Positions 48,949 through 56,761 of a DNA stretch of 58,273 bases are shown one piece after another; position 1 is the stretch's first letter, and each line of letters starts with the position of its first letter. Source of the stretch: Bacteroidota bacterium (GTDB taxonomy: Bacteria > Bacteroidota > Bacteroidia > JABEUT01); contig JABDGY010000005.1 in assembly GCA_013285805.1 (NCBI GenBank), positions 1 to 58,273 of the forward strand, written 5' to 3'. The notes under the pieces were generated by a model. The model was given only the letters and a program-made list of their open reading frames with translations. It ran no database searches and had not been told where the DNA came from. Both the position numbers and the translations under genes were made by a program.

Positions 48949-49099
48949 CCTTCGACAGGCTCAGGCTGACGAACAGGTTTGCGTGAGGGATAGAAGTGAA
49001 AAGCCCACAGCGCAGCGAGGACTTGTAACGGATAGCCCGACCCGTAGGGGCACGCCCAAATAAAAGGCTGAGATTGCCACGCTTCACTCGCAATGACGG
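48949..49099 (-). repeat. Right composite REP-like cluster (inverted relative to left cluster)
   Basis: The minus strand reads CCGTCATTGCGAGTGAAGCGTGGCAATCT, GGGCGTGCCCCTACGGGTCGGGCTATCCGTTACAA and GTCAGCCTGAGCCTGTCGAAGG. Confidence 0.78.
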
Positions 49100-49232
49100 C
49101 CTTGTGCCACCGCTAAAGCTAAGGTACAACATAACTAACCCAATGAACCACAATACTTAACATTAACTTAAAACCGCATAATAGAATGACAGCCAGAATT
49201 TTTGCTATCATTGCCGCACAAAAAATATTGAC

Positions 49233-49859
49233 ATGAAAAAACTATTATTAGCCTCGGCCCTGTTACTTACTACAATAGCCATATATTCATTTACAAGCGG
49301 TAAAGGAGACACCTGCCCTGCAGAAGGTAAACAAAAGAAAGGTAAAGCCGAATTAAAACCACGCGAGCAGAACCTTAATAAGCATATTAACCGGAACAGT
49401 GTACCTGCAGAAGGGGATTTCGATTACAAGGCTACCACCGATAAAATGTACAACAGCAAAGACGATTCGATATGGAGTGAAGAGAAAGCGGGAAAAATAA
49501 CCGGCTACTATTTCAAAGCTGTTGATGATGGCGCTGCATCGTGCAATTGCTATACCGATGATAATACTAAGTACAGCACTAAAATATACATATCGGTAAC
49601 CCCGGTAGATAAAAACACCCGCATGGCCGATTGTATTGTGGCTGTAATTACCCCCTACTCGCGCAGTCTGCACCCTGAATGGACCGCTGATAATCTGAAT
49701 TCAAAAATGGGTGGCAATAAAGTAACCATATCGGGCTGGCTGATTTATGACTACCTGCACAGTGCAGTTTCTATAGAGACCAACTCAAACAGTTCAAAGC
49801 CTGAAAGGCGCACTATATGGGGTATTTGCCCGGTTACCAGCGTAGTATCGGAGGATTAA
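49233..49859 (+). CDS. Exported hypothetical protein
   Basis: 208 aa with signal peptide; SCNC, V.ISGWLIYD..H and R.TIWGICPV motifs. Confidence 0.7.
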   Translation: MKKLLLASALLLTTIAIYSFTSGKGDTCPAEGKQKKGKAELKPREQNLNKHINRNSVPAEGDFDYKATTDKMYNSKDDSIWSEEKAGKITGYYFKAVDDGAASCNCYTDDNTKYSTKIYISVTPVDKNTRMADCIVAVITPYSRSLHPEWTADNLNSKMGGNKVTISGWLIYDYLHSAVSIETNSNSSKPERRTIWGICPVTSVVSED

Positions 49860-49921
49860 GAAAATTTCATTTTTTGTTCTTCGGTAATATTTACGACCTT
49901 TAGGCTCCAAATCCGGCACTA

Positions 49922-50677
49922 ATGCACAGAGCCATATATGATTCGTTACTTACTGCCCGTAAGGATAAGCAGAAAAAGCTAGCCCTGCTTATTGACCCTG
50001 ATAAGTTCAGTACTACTGGGCATGTAAGCAATGCGGAAAGCATGGGCGTCGACTTCATTTTCATTGGAGGCAGCCTGGTATCGAAAGGCGATTTTAACCG
50101 ATGTGTTGAGGTAGTAAAGAAAAACACAAACCTGCCTGTAGTGCTTTTCCCGGGCAATGTCGACCAGGTATCGCCCTTAGCCGATGGAATACTGTTCCTC
50201 TCGCTTATATCGGGCCGCAACCCTGAGAACCTTATTGGCAAACATGTTCTGGCCGCCCCTATATTGAAAAAGACCTCGCTTGAAATAATACCAACGGGCT
50301 ATATGCTGGTTGACGGAGGCAAGGTTACCACAGCAACATACATGAGTAATACAGTTCCTATACCTCACGATAAAAACGATATAGCCTCGTGTACCGCCAT
50401 GGCAGGCGAAATGCTGGGCCTTAAGCTTATATATATGGATACAGGTAGCGGAGCCGACAAGCATGTATCGCTTTCTATGATAAAGGAAGTCCGCAAAAAC
50501 ATTGATATTCCGCTTATTATTGGCGGCGGTATACGCAACCCTGAAGACACCTATGAAATATGCAAAGCCGGGGCCGATATGGTAGTAATAGGAACCATAG
50601 CTGAACAGTCGCCCGAAATGGTTGCCAGTATTGCCAAAGCTGTACATTATAACACCTCAGGAAAAATACGCTTATGA
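49922..50677 (+). CDS. Geranylgeranylglyceryl/heptaprenylglyceryl phosphate synthase (PcrB/GGGPS family)
   Basis: LIDPDK, IGGS, LFPG, LSLISGRNP..LIG, PTGY.L, YMDTGSGA and GGGIR. Confidence 0.9.
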   Translation: MHRAIYDSLLTARKDKQKKLALLIDPDKFSTTGHVSNAESMGVDFIFIGGSLVSKGDFNRCVEVVKKNTNLPVVLFPGNVDQVSPLADGILFLSLISGRNPENLIGKHVLAAPILKKTSLEIIPTGYMLVDGGKVTTATYMSNTVPIPHDKNDIASCTAMAGEMLGLKLIYMDTGSGADKHVSLSMIKEVRKNIDIPLIIGGGIRNPEDTYEICKAGADMVVIGTIAEQSPEMVASIAKAVHYNTSGKIRL

Positions 50678-51303
50678 AGTTTATTGTCCTTACTCCCTCA
50701 AAAAACGTTATTGATGAATATAACCTGGTAAGCCATATGCTGAAGAATGGTTTGCCTACTATTCATATCCGCAAGCCCAGCTTTACTTCGGAAGAAATGG
50801 TAAACTACATTGAGCATTTCACAGATGAGGAACAAAGTAAAATGGTGCTGCACTCTCACCACCGCATATTACTTGATTATGACATGAAAGGCATACACCT
50901 CAGTAAGCGCCACAGGAGTAAGGAATTCAGGTCGTGGGTGACAAAAACACTGGTAGAAATGAGGATGGGTAAGAAAATAACGCTTAGCACTTCGTGTAAA
51001 AGCCTCTCGTCAATGGCTAATAACTACAGCGACTTCGATTACGTGATGCTGACGCCTGTTTTTACCGACCCACAGGGGCACAGGCCAAGTTTTAGCCCTA
51101 CGTTGCTGCAACAAATTATGCGCAAATACCCGGATAAAGTAGTGGCAAGGGGTGGCTCAAGTGCCGAATCTATTGAAAAAGCAAGGGATATGGGGTTTGC
51201 CGGAATTGCGTTCCATAATTATTTATGGTCTAAATCAGAGCCGGAAAAAGAGTTCAATAAAATTGTTGACCGATTTGGCCAGCTTGGCATCAATGTTCAT
51301 TAA
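50674..51303 (+). CDS. Thiamine-phosphate synthase (ThiE/TenI)-like protein
   Basis: HIRKP, LHSH, GIHL, STSC.S, DYV.L.PVF and V.ARGG; ATGA overlap with the GGGPS gene. Confidence 0.7.
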   Translation: MKFIVLTPSKNVIDEYNLVSHMLKNGLPTIHIRKPSFTSEEMVNYIEHFTDEEQSKMVLHSHHRILLDYDMKGIHLSKRHRSKEFRSWVTKTLVEMRMGKKITLSTSCKSLSSMANNYSDFDYVMLTPVFTDPQGHRPSFSPTLLQQIMRKYPDKVVARGGSSAESIEKARDMGFAGIAFHNYLWSKSEPEKEFNKIVDRFGQLGINVH

Positions 51304-51317
51304 CCGAAATATAAGAA

Positions 51318-52790
51318 TCAGAAATTAACCCCGAAGGTAAGAGCTACGCTGGATACATTAACAGTATTCTGTGCAGGGGTTCCGCCGTAATCAGCGCCAT
51401 ACAAGTAATAATTCCCGGTATACGTAGTCAGCACATAAGCAGCATCAATAAAGCAACGTCTTATCCTCACCCCTGCTCCAACCGAATAACTGTCTTTTAC
51501 AGTTGAGTTTCCTGCCATTGATGTGTAAGGGTTACCGTACATAGCGTATCCTGCGCGGATACTGAAAGGATATAAAACCCATTCGGCGCCAACACGAAAG
51601 TTGTTAGCTGCCATATATTGCTGGGCTATAGCTGAGTTAACAGTAGAATAAGCATAACCGGGAGAATTAAATGATGCCGTAGCATAATCTACATATTCAT
51701 ACTCAGCACTCAATATGCCTTGGTGATGTATAATAAATGCGACACCTGCCATTGCCCTCATTGGCGTAATAAGTGTATAACTATAGTTGCCGTTTGCAGC
51801 ATTGTCAGCTACACCGCCGGAACCGGAATAGGGGCTTGCATCATACGTAGCATCCCATTCTGTGGAGTAATTGTCAGTAAGTGAAAAGACAGTAGGTGTG
51901 TGGATAGCCGCACCAATTCTGGCCCATTGATTTATCCTGTATATGGCACCAATTTTAAAGTTAATCCCTGCTCCCGATGTGTTTATTGTAGACCCGAGAG
52001 TATAGCCCTGCAATCCAAATGCGGTATCGCGGTATGATGGTGTTTCTGAATAGGTAGAGCTTTCATTATAGTATATGTCTGCTATTCCGATTGATGCCCC
52101 AAGGTATAACTTACTCTTATAGTTCGCCCCGAATGATATATCTGTTTCACCCATGGAACCGCTTGTCTGTTTATTAAGCTGCTGTAAAACATAATTAGTA
52201 CCATTACCAAGGTATGGATGTATTAAATTAAAATAACTGTTCCCGTGAATAGTATCAAGCAAGTATGTTTTAAAGGCAGGGCCTGCATAAAACTGGTCAA
52301 GATTAGCATAAGGGGTTCCATTAGCCTGGGCTGTATATTCATCTAACAGTGTACTATTATAATTATTACCCTGTATATTTAGCTGTGAGTTGAAATCGTT
52401 TGTCCTGTTATATACCAGGCCAAATGAAAGTCCTTTCCACATGGCATCACCCCTGGTATTTTTCCATGAAGCAACCCATCCTGCATTCTGCATATTTACA
52501 GACCCCTGGTTAGCTGTCATTTGAACTCCATTATAATTGGAAGATACATTCTGAAAAGCAAAACCAGGAGTAAAGGCAAACTGGCTTTTATTAAATACAG
52601 CAATCCCTGCAGGGTTAAAGGTCAGTGTCGACATATCTCCGCCAATGGCACAAAAAGCGCCACCCATAGCCATAAACCTAGCCGTTCCGCCAAATGTAAG
52701 CTGAGAATACCTTAAGGCATCTGTTTGGTCCTGTGCATATCCCGCTAAAGGTATGCCTGCAATTAGCGCTGCATAAATCAACCTTTTCAT
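51318..52790 (-). CDS. OmpP1/FadL-like outer-membrane transporter
   Basis: DALRYS....GTARFMAMGGAF.A.GGD......NPAG, G.A.HTPT and terminal Phe. Confidence 0.82.
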   Translation of the reverse strand: MKRLIYAALIAGIPLAGYAQDQTDALRYSQLTFGGTARFMAMGGAFCAIGGDMSTLTFNPAGIAVFNKSQFAFTPGFAFQNVSSNYNGVQMTANQGSVNMQNAGWVASWKNTRGDAMWKGLSFGLVYNRTNDFNSQLNIQGNNYNSTLLDEYTAQANGTPYANLDQFYAGPAFKTYLLDTIHGNSYFNLIHPYLGNGTNYVLQQLNKQTSGSMGETDISFGANYKSKLYLGASIGIADIYYNESSTYSETPSYRDTAFGLQGYTLGSTINTSGAGINFKIGAIYRINQWARIGAAIHTPTVFSLTDNYSTEWDATYDASPYSGSGGVADNAANGNYSYTLITPMRAMAGVAFIIHHQGILSAEYEYVDYATASFNSPGYAYSTVNSAIAQQYMAANNFRVGAEWVLYPFSIRAGYAMYGNPYTSMAGNSTVKDSYSVGAGVRIRRCFIDAAYVLTTYTGNYYLYGADYGGTPAQNTVNVSSVALTFGVNF

Positions 52791-52817
52791 ATCCTATTTC
52801 GGTTTAAATTTTCAGGG

Positions 52818-54104
52818 TTATCTGTGACCACCTCCACCTCCGGAATGGCCTCCGCCACCACCACCAAAGGAGTGACTGCCTCCGCCGGAATAACGGCTAC
52901 CACCTCCTCCGCCAAAGGAGTGGTTTCCGCTATTGTAACTACGGCCGCCTCCATAACTGCTCCTTCCTGAATTAGAAGTATGATAATTATAAGAACCGTT
53001 ACTTCTGCCACCCTGGCTTGGAGCTACACGGCTTGATGACCTGGAGGAAGAAGACCTGCTGTAGTTATTATAATTTGGTCTGGCACTTGTTGTACTCCTA
53101 CTCGTACTATTATAACTTTGTGCAGCACTGCGTGTACCGGTCGAATAGCTGGCGGTATTTGGCCTTGCAGTGGCAGTATTTCTTACTGCAGGGTTCATGC
53201 TTGAATTTGTTCCCCTGAAAGAAGCTGAAGGGCGCAAAGATGAAATGCTTGAAGGGCGCATTGAAGAAGCAACCGCAGGTGCAACATGAATAGAACCATT
53301 ATGAGAGGTAGTAAAGCTTTCAGGATGAGCTGATGCCTCTGAGCGAACAGCATTCTGGTACATTTCACCAAAACTACCGGGGCTTTCAAAACTTCTTGCA
53401 CCAGGGCCAACTGCAGGGCCGGGTTTCCCAGAAGAAGCGCTTACTACACCAGTTATACCAGGGCCTGTTCTGAAAGCAGTACCAGATGAACCAACTGTAC
53501 GCGGGGCAAAGAAACTGCTGCCTTCATAACTATTATAATAGTAGCCTCCGCGGCAGCCCCATCTGTAACCACCCCAGCCAGGATAGAAACCACCCCAGTA
53601 TGGGTATCCCCATCCGAAACCATAGCCAAAGCCTAACCCAAAGCCCCAATAATATGAAGGGTAAAACGAATACCAATAAGCAGAAGGCCCCCACCATGGG
53701 TAACCCATATAAATACTCATTCCAAATTGGTAAGGATTATAACTATACCAGTAACTATTAGTGTAAACGTCGTCGTAATAACCCCAATCGCCCCAGTTAT
53801 CATCATATCTTCTTATCCGTGAAGAATAACCGTAATCATTGTAATCATCAGAATAGTAATTATCATTTGCACTGTAATTATTAGAATCTGCTTCGGCAGG
53901 AGCAGGAGTATTTTGGGCAGGTTGCGGAGCCTGTGTATAAGCTCCGTTGTTACTTGGAGCCGCAGGCTGGCTTGGAACAGTATTATCAGCATTATAAATT
54001 CCATCATCCTTGATGCCACCCGAAGAAGACAGATTTTGCTGGGAAGTGCAGGATGTCATAAATACAACTACCGCTGCTGCTGTTAAACCGATTAGTGTTT
54101 TCAT
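52818..54104 (-). CDS. Low-complexity lipoprotein (Tyr/Trp/Gly-rich core, Ser/Arg/Gly-rich tail)
   Basis: Lipobox MTSC; DD.Y and Y..RIRRY motifs, a W/Y/G-rich block and a GGGG-rich C-terminus. Confidence 0.75.
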   Translation of the reverse strand: MKTLIGLTAAAVVVFMTSCTSQQNLSSSGGIKDDGIYNADNTVPSQPAAPSNNGAYTQAPQPAQNTPAPAEADSNNYSANDNYYSDDYNDYGYSSRIRRYDDNWGDWGYYDDVYTNSYWYSYNPYQFGMSIYMGYPWWGPSAYWYSFYPSYYWGFGLGFGYGFGWGYPYWGGFYPGWGGYRWGCRGGYYYNSYEGSSFFAPRTVGSSGTAFRTGPGITGVVSASSGKPGPAVGPGARSFESPGSFGEMYQNAVRSEASAHPESFTTSHNGSIHVAPAVASSMRPSSISSLRPSASFRGTNSSMNPAVRNTATARPNTASYSTGTRSAAQSYNSTSRSTTSARPNYNNYSRSSSSRSSSRVAPSQGGRSNGSYNYHTSNSGRSSYGGGRSYNSGNHSFGGGGGSRYSGGGSHSFGGGGGGHSGGGGGHR

Positions 54105-54275
54105 AATGTTTTGCCTTTGTTTATTAGACTACCTATTCCTTAAAAGGTTTATTCCTATTTTTGCACTCTTTATTATTAGCCGCTTCAATCTATTTTGATG
54201 CTAAGTTAAACCAAAAAGATGAAGCATTTATGAAGAGATATATAACAAACTTAGTTATTAGAATATTCTAATCTT

Positions 54276-55745
54276 ATGAGCAAAGTCATTACACCAAAAG
54301 AACAAGATTATTCCCAATGGTACAACGACCTGGTAATAAAAGCCGGATTAGCTGATTATTCAGCAGTTAGGGGCTGTATGGTCATTAAGCCATATGGATA
54401 TGCTATATGGGAAAAAATGCAGTCAGTTCTTGATGGAATGTTTAAAGCAACTGGGCATTCTAATGCCTATTTTCCTTTACTTATCCCTAAGTCGTTTTTT
54501 GCAAAAGAAGCATCACATGTCGAAGGCTTTGCAAAGGAGTGTGCAGTGGTGACCCATTATCGTCTGAAAAACAGCCCTGACGGTATTATAGTTGATGAGA
54601 CAGCAAAACTGGACGAAGAATTGATAATTCGCCCTACATCTGAAACCATAATATGGAATACCTATAAGAGTTGGATACAATCGTACCGTGACCTGCCTCT
54701 TTTAATTAATCAGTGGGCAAACGTGGTGAGATGGGAAATGAGAACCCGGTTATTTCTCAGAACAGCCGAATTTTTATGGCAGGAAGGGCATACAGCCCAT
54801 GCAACTAGGGAAGAAGCAGTGGAGGAAACCGAAAAAATGCTTGGGATTTATGCTGAATTTGCCGAGAAATGGATGTCGATGCCTGTCATTAAAGGCACAA
54901 AGACAGAAAGCGAGCGTTTTGCCGGTGCTTTAGAAACATATTGTATAGAAGCTATGATGCAAGACTGTAAAGCATTACAGGCGGGAACATCGCACTTTTT
55001 AGGGCAAAACTTTGCGAAGGCTTTCGATGTAACCTTTCTTAATAAGGAAAATAAGCCTGAATTGGTGTGGGCCACTTCATGGGGTGTTTCTACGCGCCTG
55101 ATGGGTGCTTTGGTTATGACGCATGCAGATAATGAGGGCCTTGTATTACCGCCGCTACTGGCACCCATACAGGTAGTTATTGTACCTATATTCAGAGACG
55201 AAGAGCAGTTGAAAAAAATAAATGAGGTAGTTGGAAACATTAGAAAAGGGCTCACTGAACAAGGTATTTCATCAAAATACGACACGGATGATAACCGTAG
55301 CCCCGGATGGAAATTTGCGGAATATGAATTGAAAGGAATCCCTTTGCGAATTGGCATTGGTCCTAAAGACCTGGAAAAAGGAACTGTTGAATTATACCGG
55401 AGAGATACTAGACAAAAGCAGTTTGTTCCTGTGGATGGACTTGATAGGTATATTAAAAATCTGTTAGCCGAGATACAGGAAAACTTATTCAAAAAAGCGC
55501 TTGATTTAAGAGAAACGAATACAGTAAAGGTTGATAATTACGCTGACTTTAAAGACATCCTCGACAAAAAAGGTGGTTTTATTCTTGCTCATTGGGACGG
55601 AACGGCTGAAACAGAGGAGAAGATTAAGGAAGAAACAAAAGCTACCATACGTTGCATTCCTCTCAATAATATTGTGGAAGAAGGAAAATGTATTTATTCG
55701 GGTAAACCCTCAAAACAAAGAGTTATATTTGCTAAAGCATACTAA
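54276..55745 (+). CDS. proS: Proline--tRNA ligase (archaeal/eukaryotic type)
   Basis: [57 protein letters not shown] and C-terminal FAKAY. Confidence 0.97.
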   Translation: MSKVITPKEQDYSQWYNDLVIKAGLADYSAVRGCMVIKPYGYAIWEKMQSVLDGMFKATGHSNAYFPLLIPKSFFAKEASHVEGFAKECAVVTHYRLKNSPDGIIVDETAKLDEELIIRPTSETIIWNTYKSWIQSYRDLPLLINQWANVVRWEMRTRLFLRTAEFLWQEGHTAHATREEAVEETEKMLGIYAEFAEKWMSMPVIKGTKTESERFAGALETYCIEAMMQDCKALQAGTSHFLGQNFAKAFDVTFLNKENKPELVWATSWGVSTRLMGALVMTHADNEGLVLPPLLAPIQVVIVPIFRDEEQLKKINEVVGNIRKGLTEQGISSKYDTDDNRSPGWKFAEYELKGIPLRIGIGPKDLEKGTVELYRRDTRQKQFVPVDGLDRYIKNLLAEIQENLFKKALDLRETNTVKVDNYADFKDILDKKGGFILAHWDGTAETEEKIKEETKATIRCIPLNNIVEEGKCIYSGKPSKQRVIFAKAY

Positions 55746-55753
55746 CCGGAGGA

Positions 55754-56446
55754 ATGGACAAGCTGTCACCGCAAGACCTTATTCTTAAACTGCTGAAAGA
55801 AAAAACTCTCGTGCAACTCGATGTTCGCCACAGAACCGAGGATGTATTTCGCATAATGAAACAGGTATTAGCTGAAATGGCGCACACACTGTCTAAACAG
55901 GCTGCTTTAATTGATAAGAGGATACAAGTACAGTATAAGGAAAACAATGAATTTGAAGTAACCTTAACAGTGGCGGAAGACGTTCTGATTTTCTATATGC
56001 AATCGAATATTTTTACATTTGACCGTACCCACCCTATTTGGCAAACTTCTTATGTAAAGGGTAACGAAGCCAATGCCTATTGCGGGTCTATCAGCATTTA
56101 TAATTTTCTTTCAGATTCTTTTAAATATAACCGCAGTAATGATCTGGGCTATCTTATTGCCCGCATTTTTATTAATCACGACCTCCATTACTTCGTGGAA
56201 GGCAAAAGGCAGTTAGGATTCCTTTACAATAATTTTTCCTCGGCGGTTCTTGATAAACCTGCTATTGCCGATATTTTCAATTCTGCCCTTCTTTATACAC
56301 TCGACTTTAGCTTATTTGTTCCCCCATTCGATAATGTGAAAGAAGTAAGTGTTTCAGCTATGGAAGAAGAAACCAATAAAATGCAGCTACAGACTGGCAA
56401 ACGACTTGGATTCCGCTTCAGCGCCGATAATGACCAAGTTAAGTAA
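55754..56446 (+). CDS. Conserved hypothetical protein
   Basis: 230-aa ORF 8 nt after proS; YNFL.DS.KYNR..D.GYL..RIFIN...H.FVEG. Confidence 0.75.
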   Translation: MDKLSPQDLILKLLKEKTLVQLDVRHRTEDVFRIMKQVLAEMAHTLSKQAALIDKRIQVQYKENNEFEVTLTVAEDVLIFYMQSNIFTFDRTHPIWQTSYVKGNEANAYCGSISIYNFLSDSFKYNRSNDLGYLIARIFINHDLHYFVEGKRQLGFLYNNFSSAVLDKPAIADIFNSALLYTLDFSLFVPPFDNVKEVSVSAMEEETNKMQLQTGKRLGFRFSADNDQVK

Positions 56447-56531
56447 GAAGCAGTATTAGCTTTTTTTTCTAATCCTACATTAATTTACCGAAGAAATATC
56501 CTATAAAAAGGCTTGCTCTTGGATTTTTTTT

Positions 56532-56539
56532 TACATTTG
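56532..56539 (+). promoter_or_regulatory. -7 promoter element for tRNA-Glu
   Basis: TACATTTG, 18 nt upstream of the tRNA. Confidence 0.7.
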
Positions 56540-56557
56540 CACCTCCAAAAAAAATTT

Positions 56558-56629
56558 GGCCCGTTCGTCTAGGGGTTAGGACGCCAGGTTTTCATCCTGG
56601 AAACAGGGGTTCGATTCCCCTACGGGCTA
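56558..56629 (+). tRNA. tRNA-Glu (TTC), CCA not encoded
   Basis: Acceptor stem GGCCCGT/ACGGGCT, anticodon arm CCAGG-TTTTCAT-CCTGG and T-arm AGGGG-TTCGATT-CCCCT. Confidence 0.97.
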
Positions 56630-56761
56630 CTTCAATTATTTGTAACGTGTAACAAAAAGGGCCTTTCAGGCACTTTCTATTATACCTTTTTCAGGAGATA
56701 GATATACTGCGATCCTACATTCGCACAAATACCATACAACTCTTTTATAAATACGTCTCCC

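Larger units (their letters stand above)
48632..49116 (+). repeat. Exact 20-bp direct repeat pair
   Basis: CGGCCTTGTGCCACCGCTAA at 48632-48651 and 49097-49116. Confidence 0.9.

Noticed and set aside
48352-49153. ORFs 48352..48597, 48561..48743, 48776..49153 and 48857..49063
   Set aside because: They are built from REP and phased-repeat DNA, mutually overlap and show no recognisable domain.
54164-54275. proS leader as a T-box or riboswitch
   Set aside because: It is AT-rich with no T-box motif or terminator/antiterminator stems.
56617-56626. tRNA-Glu 3' segment CCCCTACGGG also found inverted at 49041-49050, as a possible att site
   Set aside because: Only 10 bp, inverted, part of a REP element, and no integrase nearby.
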